A stretch of 64,000 nucleotides of DNA from an uncultured Pelagibacteraceae bacterium (GCA_902515355.1 CABXUA010000002.1:15164-79163), one strand, 5' to 3'; positions 10,857-20,533 are shown, numbered from the stretch's first letter. Notes: generated by a model from the sequence alone, not told the origin. Translations and numbers: made by a program.

Positions 10857-10876
10857 AATTTTTTAGTTTCAAATAA

Positions 10877-10905
10877 GAAATGCCCCCATCAGTTGGGGGC
10901 ATTTC
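10877..10905. terminator. Strong hairpin between binding-protein and permease genes (terminator or mRNA stabiliser)
   Basis: GAAATGCCCCCA-TCAGT-TGGGGGCATTTC inverted repeat. Confidence 0.75.
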
Positions 10906-10925
10906 AAATAATTTATAGATCTAAA

Positions 10926-12167
10926 TTAACTTCTTTTAGACCAACTTGGGATAGGGTGGTAGAATTTGTCAGAAGCCCATTTCGTTGGAGCAACAACTTT
11001 ATTCTCACACTTATCACCTTTGCATCTTACTTGGAATAAGATCATTGGCTTAGCAATGTTTTGACCGCCAGGACCAAATTTAATATTTCCATAGAAAGTT
11101 TGCATATCTGTAGCTTTTAAAGCATCTCTAACTTTATCACCATCAAATGAATTTGCTCTTTCGAACGCATCTTTGAAAACGATTAAAGCTGCAGATGATT
11201 CAGCTGATTGGTAAGGTGGAGCATAACCAAATCTTTTTGTAAAGTCTTTGTCGTACTTTTTCCCACCACCAAAAAACTTATCTTTATAGCTTAAGTTTTT
11301 GTGCCACTGAGATGCACACAATGCGTATTCTGAATTCTTTCCGTGTTGTTTAGAAAGTTTTGCAGCATCACAATGCGTCATCGCTAACATTGGAACATCA
11401 ACTTTCATTTCAGCTATTTGTCTGATTGCAGTTAATGCACCTTTTGTGTGACCAGATACAACAAGTACATCAGGTTTTTTAGCTTTAACTTTAACTAATG
11501 TAGCTTTCATATCATTCAACTCTTTAGGTAATTTGTCATCAATGATGATTTCAGATCCAGTTCTTTTTGCTGCATCTAAGATACCTAATCTCACGTCCTG
11601 TGAGAAAGCATCTTGTTCAAATGCTTGCGCAATTTTCACAGGCTTACCACCATTTTTTTCTACCGCAAGATCAATTGCTACTTCAAGGTATTGGTTTGCT
11701 GGCGATAACACTGCAAACAAGTATTTATAACCTTTAGTAAATAAAGATCTTGATGCACCGTTTGCTTCAACCATAGGAATTTTATATTTCTCGGTTACTG
11801 GTGCGATGGCTTTAGTTAAACCTGAACTGTAAGGCCCAAGCATATACTTAACACCATCTTGATTTATTAATCTTTCAGCTAGCTGAGCAGCTCTTTTAGG
11901 ATTTGACTCATCATCATAATAAATAATTTTAAATTTATATGATTTTCCTCCAACTTTTACTCCGCCCATTTTATTTAATCTTTCAACTGCAAGATTATAA
12001 CCATTTTGGGTATGCACTCCGTTAGAAGAGTATTTTCCTGTAAGAGAAACTGCAGCGCCTAACACAATAGTATCACCTTCAACTTTTGCAAATGAAGTTG
12101 TAATACCAATAAGTGTTAACGTTATAGCTGATACAAATGTAATAAATAGTTTTAGTAATTTATTCAT
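10926..12167 (-). CDS. HAAT-family ABC transporter substrate-binding protein
   Basis: Signal peptide; YYDDES, LGPYSSGLT periplasmic-binding-protein type 1 motifs; heads the second transporter operon. Confidence 0.88.
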   Translation of the reverse strand: MNKLLKLFITFVSAITLTLIGITTSFAKVEGDTIVLGAAVSLTGKYSSNGVHTQNGYNLAVERLNKMGGVKVGGKSYKFKIIYYDDESNPKRAAQLAERLINQDGVKYMLGPYSSGLTKAIAPVTEKYKIPMVEANGASRSLFTKGYKYLFAVLSPANQYLEVAIDLAVEKNGGKPVKIAQAFEQDAFSQDVRLGILDAAKRTGSEIIIDDKLPKELNDMKATLVKVKAKKPDVLVVSGHTKGALTAIRQIAEMKVDVPMLAMTHCDAAKLSKQHGKNSEYALCASQWHKNLSYKDKFFGGGKKYDKDFTKRFGYAPPYQSAESSAALIVFKDAFERANSFDGDKVRDALKATDMQTFYGNIKFGPGGQNIAKPMILFQVRCKGDKCENKVVAPTKWASDKFYHPIPSWSKRS

Positions 12168-12243
12168 TTTATCTCCTCTGTTAATTAATTAATTATTCTT
12201 AATTAAAACAAGAAATTCAAAATATGACAACAGTAAGAATTGA

Positions 12244-12858
12244 CTAATAACTCTGAGTTATGGCCACATAAGTAGCAATAAAAATTAATACACACGCAGA
12301 GATTGTATTTAAGGTTTTTGGATTTGATTTTAACCATTTTGAAACTTTTTCTGCAGCTAGGCCGTAAATCATGAGAGTAGAAAAATCTAAAATTACATAA
12401 GTAGTCATTAGAATTATAAATTGCACAACGTAATTACCATTAAAGTCTATGAAAGATGTAAAAATAGTTCCAAAAAATATAATCGCTTTGGGACTTAATC
12501 CGGCTACAAGGAATCCATCTTTAAAAAAAGATATTTTTGACTTTAAGTTCTTTGATTTAAAATTTAATGAATCTATTTTCCTGGTATAAGTGTCATAAGC
12601 TAAATAAACTATGTAAATAATTCCTGCCCATTTAATTAATTTAAGTGCATCAGAATTATCCTTCAATAAAGCACCTATGATAAAAACTACTAGAACCCCT
12701 TGGCAAATGTTGGCTGAAATATCTCCAAAAGCAGTCCAAACGGAGCGTTTTAACCCATAGTTTAATGAGTGAGAAACTATTACTACTCTAGGAGGTCCAG
12801 GAGAAATGAATAAAAAAAGAATGATTTGTAAAAAAATTAAAAAATCAACAGGTAACAT
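12244..12858 (-). CDS. LysE/RhtB-family exporter
   Basis: ISPGP N-terminal motif; FKDGFLVAGLSPKA. Confidence 0.85.
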   Translation of the reverse strand: MLPVDFLIFLQIILFLFISPGPPRVVIVSHSLNYGLKRSVWTAFGDISANICQGVLVVFIIGALLKDNSDALKLIKWAGIIYIVYLAYDTYTRKIDSLNFKSKNLKSKISFFKDGFLVAGLSPKAIIFFGTIFTSFIDFNGNYVVQFIILMTTYVILDFSTLMIYGLAAEKVSKWLKSNPKTLNTISACVLIFIATYVAITQSY

Positions 12859-12879
12859 TATCCAACTATATATATTTTA

Positions 12880-13176
12880 ATGAAGAAAAGAAGTCTTATT
12901 CCCGAAACAAGAGTTAAAAATACGGAACCAAAGAAATTTAACGAAGAATGGGTAATTTGGGCAGCTTGGGCTGATAGGATAACGTTTGAAGAAATAGAAA
13001 AAAAAACAGGCAAAAATGAATCTCAAGTAATAAAGATTATGAGAAAAAATCTTAAACCAAGTTCATTTAGACTTTGGAGAAAAAGAGTTCACAATACCAG
13101 TATAAAACATCGAAAAAAATTTAAACTTTCTAGAAAAAAAATAAGAGAAAAAATTAGAATAAGTGATATATATTAA
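12880..13176 (+). CDS. TIGR03643/DUF2805-family protein
   Basis: AWADRITFEEI...VIKIMRKNLKPSSFRLWRKRV signature. Confidence 0.8.
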   Translation: MKKRSLIPETRVKNTEPKKFNEEWVIWAAWADRITFEEIEKKTGKNESQVIKIMRKNLKPSSFRLWRKRVHNTSIKHRKKFKLSRKKIREKIRISDIY

Positions 13177-13178
13177 TT

Positions 13179-13433
13179 ATGAAAAAAGTTACTATGTATT
13201 CTGGTACACCATGCTCTTTTTGTGAAGCTGCCAAAGCGCTATTAAAAAGTAAAAATATTCCTTTCGAAGAAATTGACGTTTGGAAAAGTAAAGAAAAAGC
13301 AAAAGAGATGCTTCAAAGAACTAATGGGGCTAGAACAATTCCTCAAATTTTTATTGGTGATCATTACATAGGGGGAAACGATCAACTTCAAGCTGCTAAT
13401 AGAAGTGGCGAATTAGACAAATTATTAACTTAG
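13179..13433 (+). CDS. grxC: Glutaredoxin 3
   Basis: CSFC active site, RTIPQIFI, GG motif. Confidence 0.88.
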   Translation: MKKVTMYSGTPCSFCEAAKALLKSKNIPFEEIDVWKSKEKAKEMLQRTNGARTIPQIFIGDHYIGGNDQLQAANRSGELDKLLT

Positions 13434-13846
13434 ACATATATTTTATCTGATAGGCCATAACAAAGTATAGCGCTTAACACTAAAAATATTAAAGGAGAAA
13501 AAACGGGTTCCATTCCAGTTTTTTTATTAACTCCAGTTTTGTCAACGAGTATGGAGTAAGAGTTGCATAGAAAAATGCATAAATTATTTAAGAAAACTAA
13601 ATTAAAAAAAGTCCAAGTGCTAGTTAATCCCCCTGTTCTTATAAACCCGACGTAAATAGACATTATAAAAACAGCAAGCATAAATGCTCCAGCCAGTCTA
13701 ACCATTATCGCTCCGGATTTATCAATTCCAAATCTTTTCATAAATCCATTTGTATCTGCAATCGTTTGATAAGCATACATGCCTACTCCAGCAAAATGGA
13801 CCAAGTAAATTATTAAATAAAAAATATTATTAAATTTATCTATCAT
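13430..13846 (-). CDS. Hypothetical membrane protein (about 4 TM)
   Basis: ORF with hydrophobic segments in a tightly packed minus-strand run. Confidence 0.65.
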   Translation of the reverse strand: MIDKFNNIFYLIIYLVHFAGVGMYAYQTIADTNGFMKRFGIDKSGAIMVRLAGAFMLAVFIMSIYVGFIRTGGLTSTWTFFNLVFLNNLCIFLCNSYSILVDKTGVNKKTGMEPVFSPLIFLVLSAILCYGLSDKIYV

Positions 13847-13850
13847 TTTA

Positions 13851-14141
13851 TTAACCTTTGTACTGTTCTAAAAGATCGTCGCCCATGGGCGTAGTAACTG
13901 ATTTTTCTAAAACTACTCCTGCTGCTGCTCTTTCTTTTTGTAGTTGTTCATCAGCCTTAAACGCTTTAAGACCATCCATTGTATCAAATCTTATAATTGT
14001 AGTAATTTTTGAGTCATTATCTTTTTCTGTTCCAGCATAAAGAAATGTCATACCGTATTTTTTTATTTTTTCTGAATTGCTATGAACCATTGCTTTCCAT
14101 TTTGCAAAAGTTTCAATTGGGCTTTCTATTTTTACTATCAT
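13851..14141 (-). CDS. Small hypothetical protein, possibly ABM/dimeric alpha-beta barrel-like
   Basis: Strong SD (GGAGG) upstream; FAKWK...IRFD pattern; fold call is tentative. Confidence 0.6.
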   Translation of the reverse strand: MIVKIESPIETFAKWKAMVHSNSEKIKKYGMTFLYAGTEKDNDSKITTIIRFDTMDGLKAFKADEQLQKERAAAGVVLEKSVTTPMGDDLLEQYKG

Positions 14142-14158
14142 GTTTTCCTCCAGTTAGT

Positions 14159-14539
14159 TTAATAAATTCCAGATTTTACAAGTTTATCTATTTCTACTTT
14201 AGACTCTGGAATTAATTTGTAAATATATCTATCGCATTCTCCGGTCTTTTTTCCATCATATGGTTTTCCATAAAGTTCTTCTATAGATTTATTAAGTTCT
14301 GTATTAATAAAATCTTCTTTTAGTCCCTCTTTAATTAAATATGATGTTAAAAATTTTTTGGCAGCAATAGAATAAACGATCTTATCCAATTCTAAAGTTC
14401 CCTGAGGTATCATGCTGTTAGCGTAATAAAGTCCTGTACACTTTAGAGTGGCTTTTTTGTCTTTATCGCTCAAGTGGCCAGCGGCTATGGCTGAACTAAA
14501 ATATAAAAAAGCTAAGATAGTAAAAAAAAATTTTTTCAT
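14159..14539 (-). CDS. Hypothetical secreted protein
   Basis: MKKFFF...AIA signal peptide, two Cys. Confidence 0.65.
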   Translation of the reverse strand: MKKFFFTILAFLYFSSAIAAGHLSDKDKKATLKCTGLYYANSMIPQGTLELDKIVYSIAAKKFLTSYLIKEGLKEDFINTELNKSIEELYGKPYDGKKTGECDRYIYKLIPESKVEIDKLVKSGIY

Positions 14540-14552
14540 AATGTTTTACTTA

Positions 14553-15266
14553 TTAACCTAAGGTAGTAAGAAACGGAAAGTTAGTAAGTATGAAGTAACT
14601 TATCACTTGAATTTGATTAGTTAAAATCAAAATACCTGTGGTAAGAAGTATCACCCCTCCAACCTTCATAACTTTTCCGTAATGTTTCGCAAAACCTTTT
14701 TTTGAATTAAGAAATATGCTCATATAATACCCGGATAAAACAAATGGTATAGCTAAGCCTAAAGAATAGAATAAAAGCAAAACAAACCCTTTGCTTACCG
14801 TAGCTTCGGTGGCAGAAAGAGCAAGGATAGAGCCTAAAACTGGTCCTATACATGGTGTCCAACCAAAAGCAAAAGCAGCCCCTACTACAAAAGGAAATAC
14901 ATAATTGTTTTTGTAAGATTTGGTATGAATTCTTTTTTCCTGATTTAGAAAACTCAAATTTATAAAACCAAGTAATTGAAGAGAGAAAATAATTATAATT
15001 AAACCAGCTAATATTCTCAATTCATTTGAAAAAAATAATAACACATTTCCGATAAATGATACTGCCATCCCAAGAATTATAAAAATTGACGAGAATCCTA
15101 ATGAAAAAAGTATAGTTTTAATTAATACTGTTCGCTTATCTTTTTCAATTTCATTTAATTTTTTGCCAGTTATATAAGAGATGTATCCTGGGATAATCGG
15201 TAATACGCAGGGTGTTAAAAAACTTATAAATCCAGCTCCAAATGCTAAAGCAAGTTTTATGATCAT
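14553..15266 (-). CDS. ccdA: Cytochrome c biogenesis protein CcdA
   Basis: SFLTPCVLP and WTPCIGPVL redox-Cys motifs. Confidence 0.9.
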   Translation of the reverse strand: MIIKLALAFGAGFISFLTPCVLPIIPGYISYITGKKLNEIEKDKRTVLIKTILFSLGFSSIFIILGMAVSFIGNVLLFFSNELRILAGLIIIIFSLQLLGFINLSFLNQEKRIHTKSYKNNYVFPFVVGAAFAFGWTPCIGPVLGSILALSATEATVSKGFVLLLFYSLGLAIPFVLSGYYMSIFLNSKKGFAKHYGKVMKVGGVILLTTGILILTNQIQVISYFILTNFPFLTTLG

Positions 15267-15316
15267 AGATACTTTATATTTGCGTTTAAACTCAACCGCA
15301 ATTACAATATTGGCTC

Positions 15317-15661
15317 ATGCTTTTTAAATACATCGGCTTTTTATTTACACTTTTATGGTCTTATACTTTTATAAAGTCTCAGAGTATTTTTAAAAAAGGA
15401 TCTGGTATCATAATCACTTTATTTGTTACCAACATATCTTGGCTAACTTTTATTGTCGCTTGTTTTTATGGTCTTAAAAATTTTACTTTTTTTAATGCAA
15501 TTTTAGGCATCATATTTTGCATTATTTTTGTTCATTTGGCTTTTGCTAGAATATCTTTGTTTATTAACAGTAAATTTGAGAATAAAGATAATCTTTTAAG
15601 AGTAAAAACATTTATAGAGTACTTAATCTTAATAGCTGTTGTGTATTTTATAATTTTTTAA
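15317..15661 (+). CDS. Hypothetical membrane protein
   Basis: Hydrophobic ORF filling the gap between divergent/convergent genes. Confidence 0.55.
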   Translation: MLFKYIGFLFTLLWSYTFIKSQSIFKKGSGIIITLFVTNISWLTFIVACFYGLKNFTFFNAILGIIFCIIFVHLAFARISLFINSKFENKDNLLRVKTFIEYLILIAVVYFIIF

Positions 15662-16224
15662 TCTATTAGAATTGTTGCTAAAACATTAAACTGTTTATCA
15701 GTAATAACTATCTCCCCTGAACTAGGAACGGCATCTGTAATCGCTGTAATGATGCTGTAATGAGTAACTAACACTAAATTTTTACCTTTACCATTCCACT
15801 TCGAAATATATTTATTTAATTCTTTTAATTGCATAGGTTCATTTTTACTAAATTTTGATTGAAATGTGGAATTTAATGGTGAAAATTCTTTATACATTCC
15901 AAATGCGTATCTTGCAGTATCTTTACATCTACACCACTGACTACTTAACACTTTATCAATAAAAATATTTTTTTCTTTGAAAAATTTTCCAATTCTTTTT
16001 GATTGGTTTATTCCAGTTTGACTCAAATTTCTTTGAGTTTTACAATCTTTAATTTTAAAATTTGGAGGATCTCCACTTCCAGGTGCTAAGGCATGTCTTA
16101 TAAGTATTATTTTTCCACCCTCCTTTAATTCTTTGATAGAATTTTCGCTAGAGTAAGAATTCAGGCTAAAGAAGAAAAATATACAGAATAATATAAAAGG
16201 TTTACTAGTTATGATCTTGAACAT
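15658..16224 (-). CDS. Histidine phosphatase (phosphoglycerate-mutase superfamily), exported
   Basis: RHALAPG, SSQWCRC.DTA and VTH motifs; N-terminal signal. Confidence 0.85.
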   Translation of the reverse strand: MFKIITSKPFILFCIFFFFSLNSYSSENSIKELKEGGKIILIRHALAPGSGDPPNFKIKDCKTQRNLSQTGINQSKRIGKFFKEKNIFIDKVLSSQWCRCKDTARYAFGMYKEFSPLNSTFQSKFSKNEPMQLKELNKYISKWNGKGKNLVLVTHYSIITAITDAVPSSGEIVITDKQFNVLATILID

Positions 16225-16334
16225 TTTTTTGAACAGTATTTAACTTTGTCCCAGTTTAATCTCCATTTTTTTCTCCAGGAAAAATTTTTTTTACATATGG
16301 GACAAGTTTTGATAGGTAAGTTTTGTTTTTTCAT
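16209..16334 (-). CDS. DUF2256-family small Cys-rich protein (41 aa)
   Basis: Below ORF-track cutoff. MKKQNLPIKTCPICKKNFSWRKKWRLNWDKVKYCSKKCSRS carries the LPxKxCxxC...WRKKW...YCSxxC signature. Confidence 0.85.
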   Translation of the reverse strand: MKKQNLPIKTCPICKKNFSWRKKWRLNWDKVKYCSKKCSRS

Positions 16335-16337
16335 AAT

Positions 16338-17816
16338 TTAAATAGTATTTTGTTTAATAAATTTTTCAGCTGCTTTAAGAATAGTTTTTTTTCTATCACT
16401 TTTAATTTTATCAAAAACTCTTACCATCATTGAAAGTCTAGGATTTTTTAAAAAAAAATTTCTATTTTTGTTTATAAAATTCCAATAAAGTCCGTCCATC
16501 GTATCGCACCATTTACCTCTTTTAAAATCCATCATCTTAAGAAAATAGCTTGATCCACAAATATAAGGTTTAGTAGCAAATATTCCGCCATCACTAAAAA
16601 GGCCCATTCCATAAACATTGGGTGCCATAACCCAATCAGAAGAGTCGACAAACATTTCCATAAACCATTTATAAACTTGCTTAGGATGGATCTGACATAA
16701 GTTCATGATGTTTGCTAGTATCATTAATCTTTCAATATGGTGCGACCAACCATAGTTTAATGCATTTTTAATAGAATGATCTAATGGTTCAAGTCCAGTT
16801 GTGCCGTTATACCAGGAAAGTTTCATTTTATTTTTATGATTAAAAAAGTTCTTTTTTTCCATTTCCTCATCAAAATTCTGATATATGCCTCGCATAAATT
16901 CTCTCCAACCAATAATTTGTCTAATGTAACCTTCTAAAGAATTAATTTTAATCTTATTCTCGATTTTTTTAATTTTCTCTAAAATTTCCATAGGGGTAAT
17001 TAAACCATTATTTATCAGAGGACTTAAAGCACTGTGAAAAAGAATGTTCGATCTTTTGCTAACTGCATCCTCGTAGTCTCCAAACAATGAAATTTTATTT
17101 TTTAAAAAGTCTTCCAAGAGCTTAAGGCTTTGATCTCGCGTAGTAGGAAACCAAAAGTTTTCAGTAAAGCCTGGATGGTTTTTAAAATTTTTTTCTATAA
17201 ATGATTTAAGATCTTTGGTGTGATTTGTAATTTTTAAGTTAGGATATTTTGGTATTGAAACTTTTTCAGGAAGTTTTTTTCTATTTTCTTTATCAAAACT
17301 CCATTTTCCTCCTTTTGGACTTCCGTTCTTTGCCATTAACACATTAAATTTTGTTCTATTGATTTTATAAAAATTTGCCATGAAAGGTTTTTTTGTATTT
17401 TTAAGATAAGTTTTAAAATCCTCCCTAGAAGTGAGAAACATAGGAGATTTGATCTGGCTAAATTTAATATTTTTCTTATTTAAAAATGATATTATTTTTT
17501 TTTCAAAAAACTTATCTTCAATTTCAAAGAACTTTACTTCTTTTACTTTCTTCTCGTTAATAACTTTCTCAAGTTTTTTTTCGTAAGAACTCCTAAATTC
17601 TTTATTTAAGTCATTATAAATTATCTTTAATTTTTTTGTTTTAAGTTCATCTCGATAAGAGCGCATCGATGATAAAAAAAATAAAATTTTTAATTTATGG
17701 TGTTTTTGGAAAGTGCATAAACCATAATCTTCTGACATGAAAAAGGTGTGGTCTGAGAACTCTTTTAAATATTTTGGATTAAACAATTGATTTCCCAAAA
17801 TCAAAAATAATTTCAT
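16338..17816 (-). CDS. Bacterial cryptochrome/(6-4) photolyase (PhrB/CryB class)
   Basis: LILGNQLF, HKLKI...SMR, GGKWSFD..NRK, EGYIRQIIGWREF, HHIERLM, WVMAPNVYGM..FSDGG..ATKPY. Confidence 0.88.
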   Translation of the reverse strand: MKLFLILGNQLFNPKYLKEFSDHTFFMSEDYGLCTFQKHHKLKILFFLSSMRSYRDELKTKKLKIIYNDLNKEFRSSYEKKLEKVINEKKVKEVKFFEIEDKFFEKKIISFLNKKNIKFSQIKSPMFLTSREDFKTYLKNTKKPFMANFYKINRTKFNVLMAKNGSPKGGKWSFDKENRKKLPEKVSIPKYPNLKITNHTKDLKSFIEKNFKNHPGFTENFWFPTTRDQSLKLLEDFLKNKISLFGDYEDAVSKRSNILFHSALSPLINNGLITPMEILEKIKKIENKIKINSLEGYIRQIIGWREFMRGIYQNFDEEMEKKNFFNHKNKMKLSWYNGTTGLEPLDHSIKNALNYGWSHHIERLMILANIMNLCQIHPKQVYKWFMEMFVDSSDWVMAPNVYGMGLFSDGGIFATKPYICGSSYFLKMMDFKRGKWCDTMDGLYWNFINKNRNFFLKNPRLSMMVRVFDKIKSDRKKTILKAAEKFIKQNTI

Positions 17817-17897
17817 TTGGTCAAAATATATATTTTAAAAATTTTAAGTATTGGGTCTTTTGAAGCACTTAATTATTTTAGAGTAAATAAGCAGTTT

Positions 17898-18626
17898 TTA
17901 ACTATTTTTTTTTTTAAAAATATAATTGACTACATTTTTGCCTATAAATACATATCCTTTTTTTTTAAGAAATTTAAATATTTCTCTTTTCCTTGTCTTC
18001 GAAAGATTGTTATGAGTAAGTATTTCAACACAAATAATTTTTATATTAAATTTCCTAAAGTCTATAGTTTTTAAAACTTCTAATTCATGTCCTTCAATAT
18101 CTATATTTAAGAAATCAATCTTAAAATATTTATATTTCTCTAATATGTTCGTAATTTTTTTTGATTTAATCTTTCTTATTTTTAATTTTTTTATTGAAAA
18201 TTCCTTTTTTAAAAAATTTACATGATTTTTGTCAATTGTATTTAATGGGCTGAGATCGTTATGGAAATACAGATTCTTTGTTGAGTTATTTTTAGAAATA
18301 GCCGAACATATGTTAATATCTCTAGGCCTCACAAAATTGAAAAGCTCTATTGAAAGTGGATTTAGGTCTATATTTATGCCAGACCAACCTCTTTTATACA
18401 TTTCGAAAGTATTGTTAACTTTAGTTGGATGATAACATCCAACATCTACATACCTTCCCTTATAGTTTTCTTCAAAGTGATTTATAATTTTTCTTTCTTC
18501 TCCGAATTGTGAGCTATTAAAATAATATTTTAAATTCCTTATATAAATATTATAAAAAAGATAGATTGGTTTCAGAAAAGAATATTTTTTATATAGATTT
18601 AATGAAAAAGATTTTGCTGTAGACAT
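17898..18626 (-). CDS. FkbM-family methyltransferase
   Basis: SQFGEE, YVDVGCYHP..NNT, IDFLNIDIEGHELEVL. Confidence 0.85.
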   Translation of the reverse strand: MSTAKSFSLNLYKKYSFLKPIYLFYNIYIRNLKYYFNSSQFGEERKIINHFEENYKGRYVDVGCYHPTKVNNTFEMYKRGWSGINIDLNPLSIELFNFVRPRDINICSAISKNNSTKNLYFHNDLSPLNTIDKNHVNFLKKEFSIKKLKIRKIKSKKITNILEKYKYFKIDFLNIDIEGHELEVLKTIDFRKFNIKIICVEILTHNNLSKTRKREIFKFLKKKGYVFIGKNVVNYIFKKKNS

Positions 18627-19004
18627 TTATTTTTTTGGTTTAAATACTAAACAGACTCCATTATTACAATATCTTTTTCCAGATGGTTTAGGTCCATCAT
18701 CAAATAAATGTCCATGATGACCTCCACATTTTTTACAGTGATATTCCGTGCGAGCGTAACCGATGAGCATGTCAGTTTTGGTTTCAAAAACATCAGGTAA
18801 TGACTCAAAAAAAGAAGGCCACCCAGATCCACTTTCAAATTTTGTGTTTGAGTCAAATAATTTTGTATCACAACCTACGCAGTGATATGACCCCTCTCTT
18901 TTTTCATTATTTAGAGAACTAGATCCAGGAGCCTCTGTGCCCTCCTGATTTAATATAAAGCTTTGTTCAGGCGTTAATTTTGAAATAAATTTTTTATTGG
19001 CCAT
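18627..19004 (-). CDS. msrB: Peptide-methionine (R)-S-oxide reductase
   Basis: KFESGSGWPSF, CxxC pairs, HGHLFDDGP, RYCNNG. Confidence 0.95.
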   Translation of the reverse strand: MANKKFISKLTPEQSFILNQEGTEAPGSSSLNNEKREGSYHCVGCDTKLFDSNTKFESGSGWPSFFESLPDVFETKTDMLIGYARTEYHCKKCGGHHGHLFDDGPKPSGKRYCNNGVCLVFKPKK

Positions 19005-19061
19005 TTAGGATATTATAACAAATTATTTGACAATAAATTTAAAATACTGTTAAGTACTTAT

Positions 19062-19111
19062 AGCGCTGATTTAATCAAATTGCGGAGCGCTTAATAAATC
19101 CTGCTAAAGCG
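19062..19111 (+). promoter_or_regulatory. SAM-II riboswitch aptamer
   Basis: AGCGCTGATTTAATC...TTGC..AGCGCT..TAAATC..GCTAAAG matches the SAM-II pseudoknot consensus; lies upstream of metY; TTGACA -35 at 19027. Confidence 0.85.
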
Positions 19112-19123
19112 AACAAGTCTTTG

Positions 19124-19152
19124 ACCACCGCTTTAGCCGGTGGTTTTTTTTT
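19124..19152 (+). terminator. Riboswitch-controlled intrinsic terminator
   Basis: ACCACCG-CTTTAGC-CGGTGGT followed by T-run. Confidence 0.88.
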
Positions 19153-19170
19153 GAAATTTCAAAATTAAAC

Positions 19171-19225
19171 CGGGTATTTGAACTGTATTGTACACCTGAC
19201 ATAAGGTCGAAGTACTAAAAAGGAG
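19171..19225 (+). promoter_or_regulatory. SAM-V riboswitch aptamer abutting the metY Shine-Dalgarno
   Basis: GGGTATTTGAACTGTATTGTACACCT-GAC..GTC-GAAGTACTAAAA-AGGAG matches the SAM-V consensus. Confidence 0.88.
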
Positions 19226-19232
19226 AAAAAAA

Positions 19233-20525
19233 ATGGCAAACTTTAAACATCCGGAAACTATTGGTTTGCACGGAGGAGAGTACAGAAGTGATCCAGCAAC
19301 AACTGCTGTGGCTGTACCAATTTATCAAACTAGTTCTTATCAATTTAAAGATGCAACCACTGCTGCAAATTTATTTGGTTTAAAAGAGTTTGGAAACATC
19401 TATACGAGAATAATGAACCCAACCTGTGACGTACTAGAAAAAAGAATGGCTGCACTAGAAGGAGGGCTTGCTGCAGTAGCAGTTGGTTCTGGTCAGGCTG
19501 CTTCAGCTTTTTGTGTTCAAAACGTTTGTAAGGCTGGTGATAATATTGTTTCTTCAACTGATTTATATGGTGGAACGGTAAACTTATTTAAAAATACTTT
19601 AGGAATGCAAGGTATCGAAGTGAGATTTGCAGACCCTGCTGATCCTAAGAATTTTGAAAAGTTAACTGATGAGAAAACAAGAGCGTATTATGGAGAGTCA
19701 TGTCCAAACCCCTACTTGCGGGTTTTTCCAATTAAGGAAGTTGCAGATATTGGTAGAAAACATGGAATCCCATTAATTATAGATAACACTGCCTCGCCAG
19801 TAATTTGTAAACCTTTAGAACATGGCGCTGCTGTTGTTATGCACTCACTAACAAAATATATCGGAGGTCATGGCACATCAATTGGTGGAATAATTATCGA
19901 TGGTGGTAACTTTGATTGGACGGCAAATCCAAAAAGACAACCTTTATTTAACGAAGAAGATCCAAGTTACAAAGGTGCTGTTTGGGGAAGAGATGTTCCT
20001 AAATTAACAGGAGCAAATGTTGCTTTCGCAGTTAGATCGCGGGTAGTTTTATTGAGAGACCTTGGAGCTCCCTTAGCACCTTTTAACGCTTTCCAAATCA
20101 TACAGGGTTTAGAAACTGTTGCGCTTAGAATGAAGCAACACTGTATGAATGCAGAAAAAGTTGTAACTTTTTTAGAAACTCAAAAAAAAGTTAAAAACGT
20201 AATTTATCCTACAAATCACCAAGGAGAAATTAAGGATAGAGCAAAAAGGTATATGAAGGGCGGATATGGCTCATTAGTTGGTATGGACGTAGGAACTAGA
20301 GAAGCTGGTTCTAAGTTCATTGATAATCTGAAAATGCTTTATCATGTGGCAAATATTGGTGATGCTCGAAGTTTAGCGATACATCCTGCAACTACAACTC
20401 ATAGTCAGCTTAATGATGAAGAATTATTAGCTGCTGGAGTTACACCAGGTTATGTAAGACTTTCAATTGGTATTGAACACCCTGACGATATTATTGGAGA
20501 TATAAAGCAAGCTTTAGCTGCATAA
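19233..20525 (+). CDS. metY: O-acetylhomoserine aminocarboxypropyltransferase (sulfhydrylase)
   Basis: PIYQTSSY, GNIYTRIMNPT, HSLTKYIGGHG (PLP lysine), ANIGDARSLAIHPATTTHSQL. Confidence 0.93.
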   Translation: MANFKHPETIGLHGGEYRSDPATTAVAVPIYQTSSYQFKDATTAANLFGLKEFGNIYTRIMNPTCDVLEKRMAALEGGLAAVAVGSGQAASAFCVQNVCKAGDNIVSSTDLYGGTVNLFKNTLGMQGIEVRFADPADPKNFEKLTDEKTRAYYGESCPNPYLRVFPIKEVADIGRKHGIPLIIDNTASPVICKPLEHGAAVVMHSLTKYIGGHGTSIGGIIIDGGNFDWTANPKRQPLFNEEDPSYKGAVWGRDVPKLTGANVAFAVRSRVVLLRDLGAPLAPFNAFQIIQGLETVALRMKQHCMNAEKVVTFLETQKKVKNVIYPTNHQGEIKDRAKRYMKGGYGSLVGMDVGTREAGSKFIDNLKMLYHVANIGDARSLAIHPATTTHSQLNDEELLAAGVTPGYVRLSIGIEHPDDIIGDIKQALAA

Positions 20526-20533
20526 AAATATTG

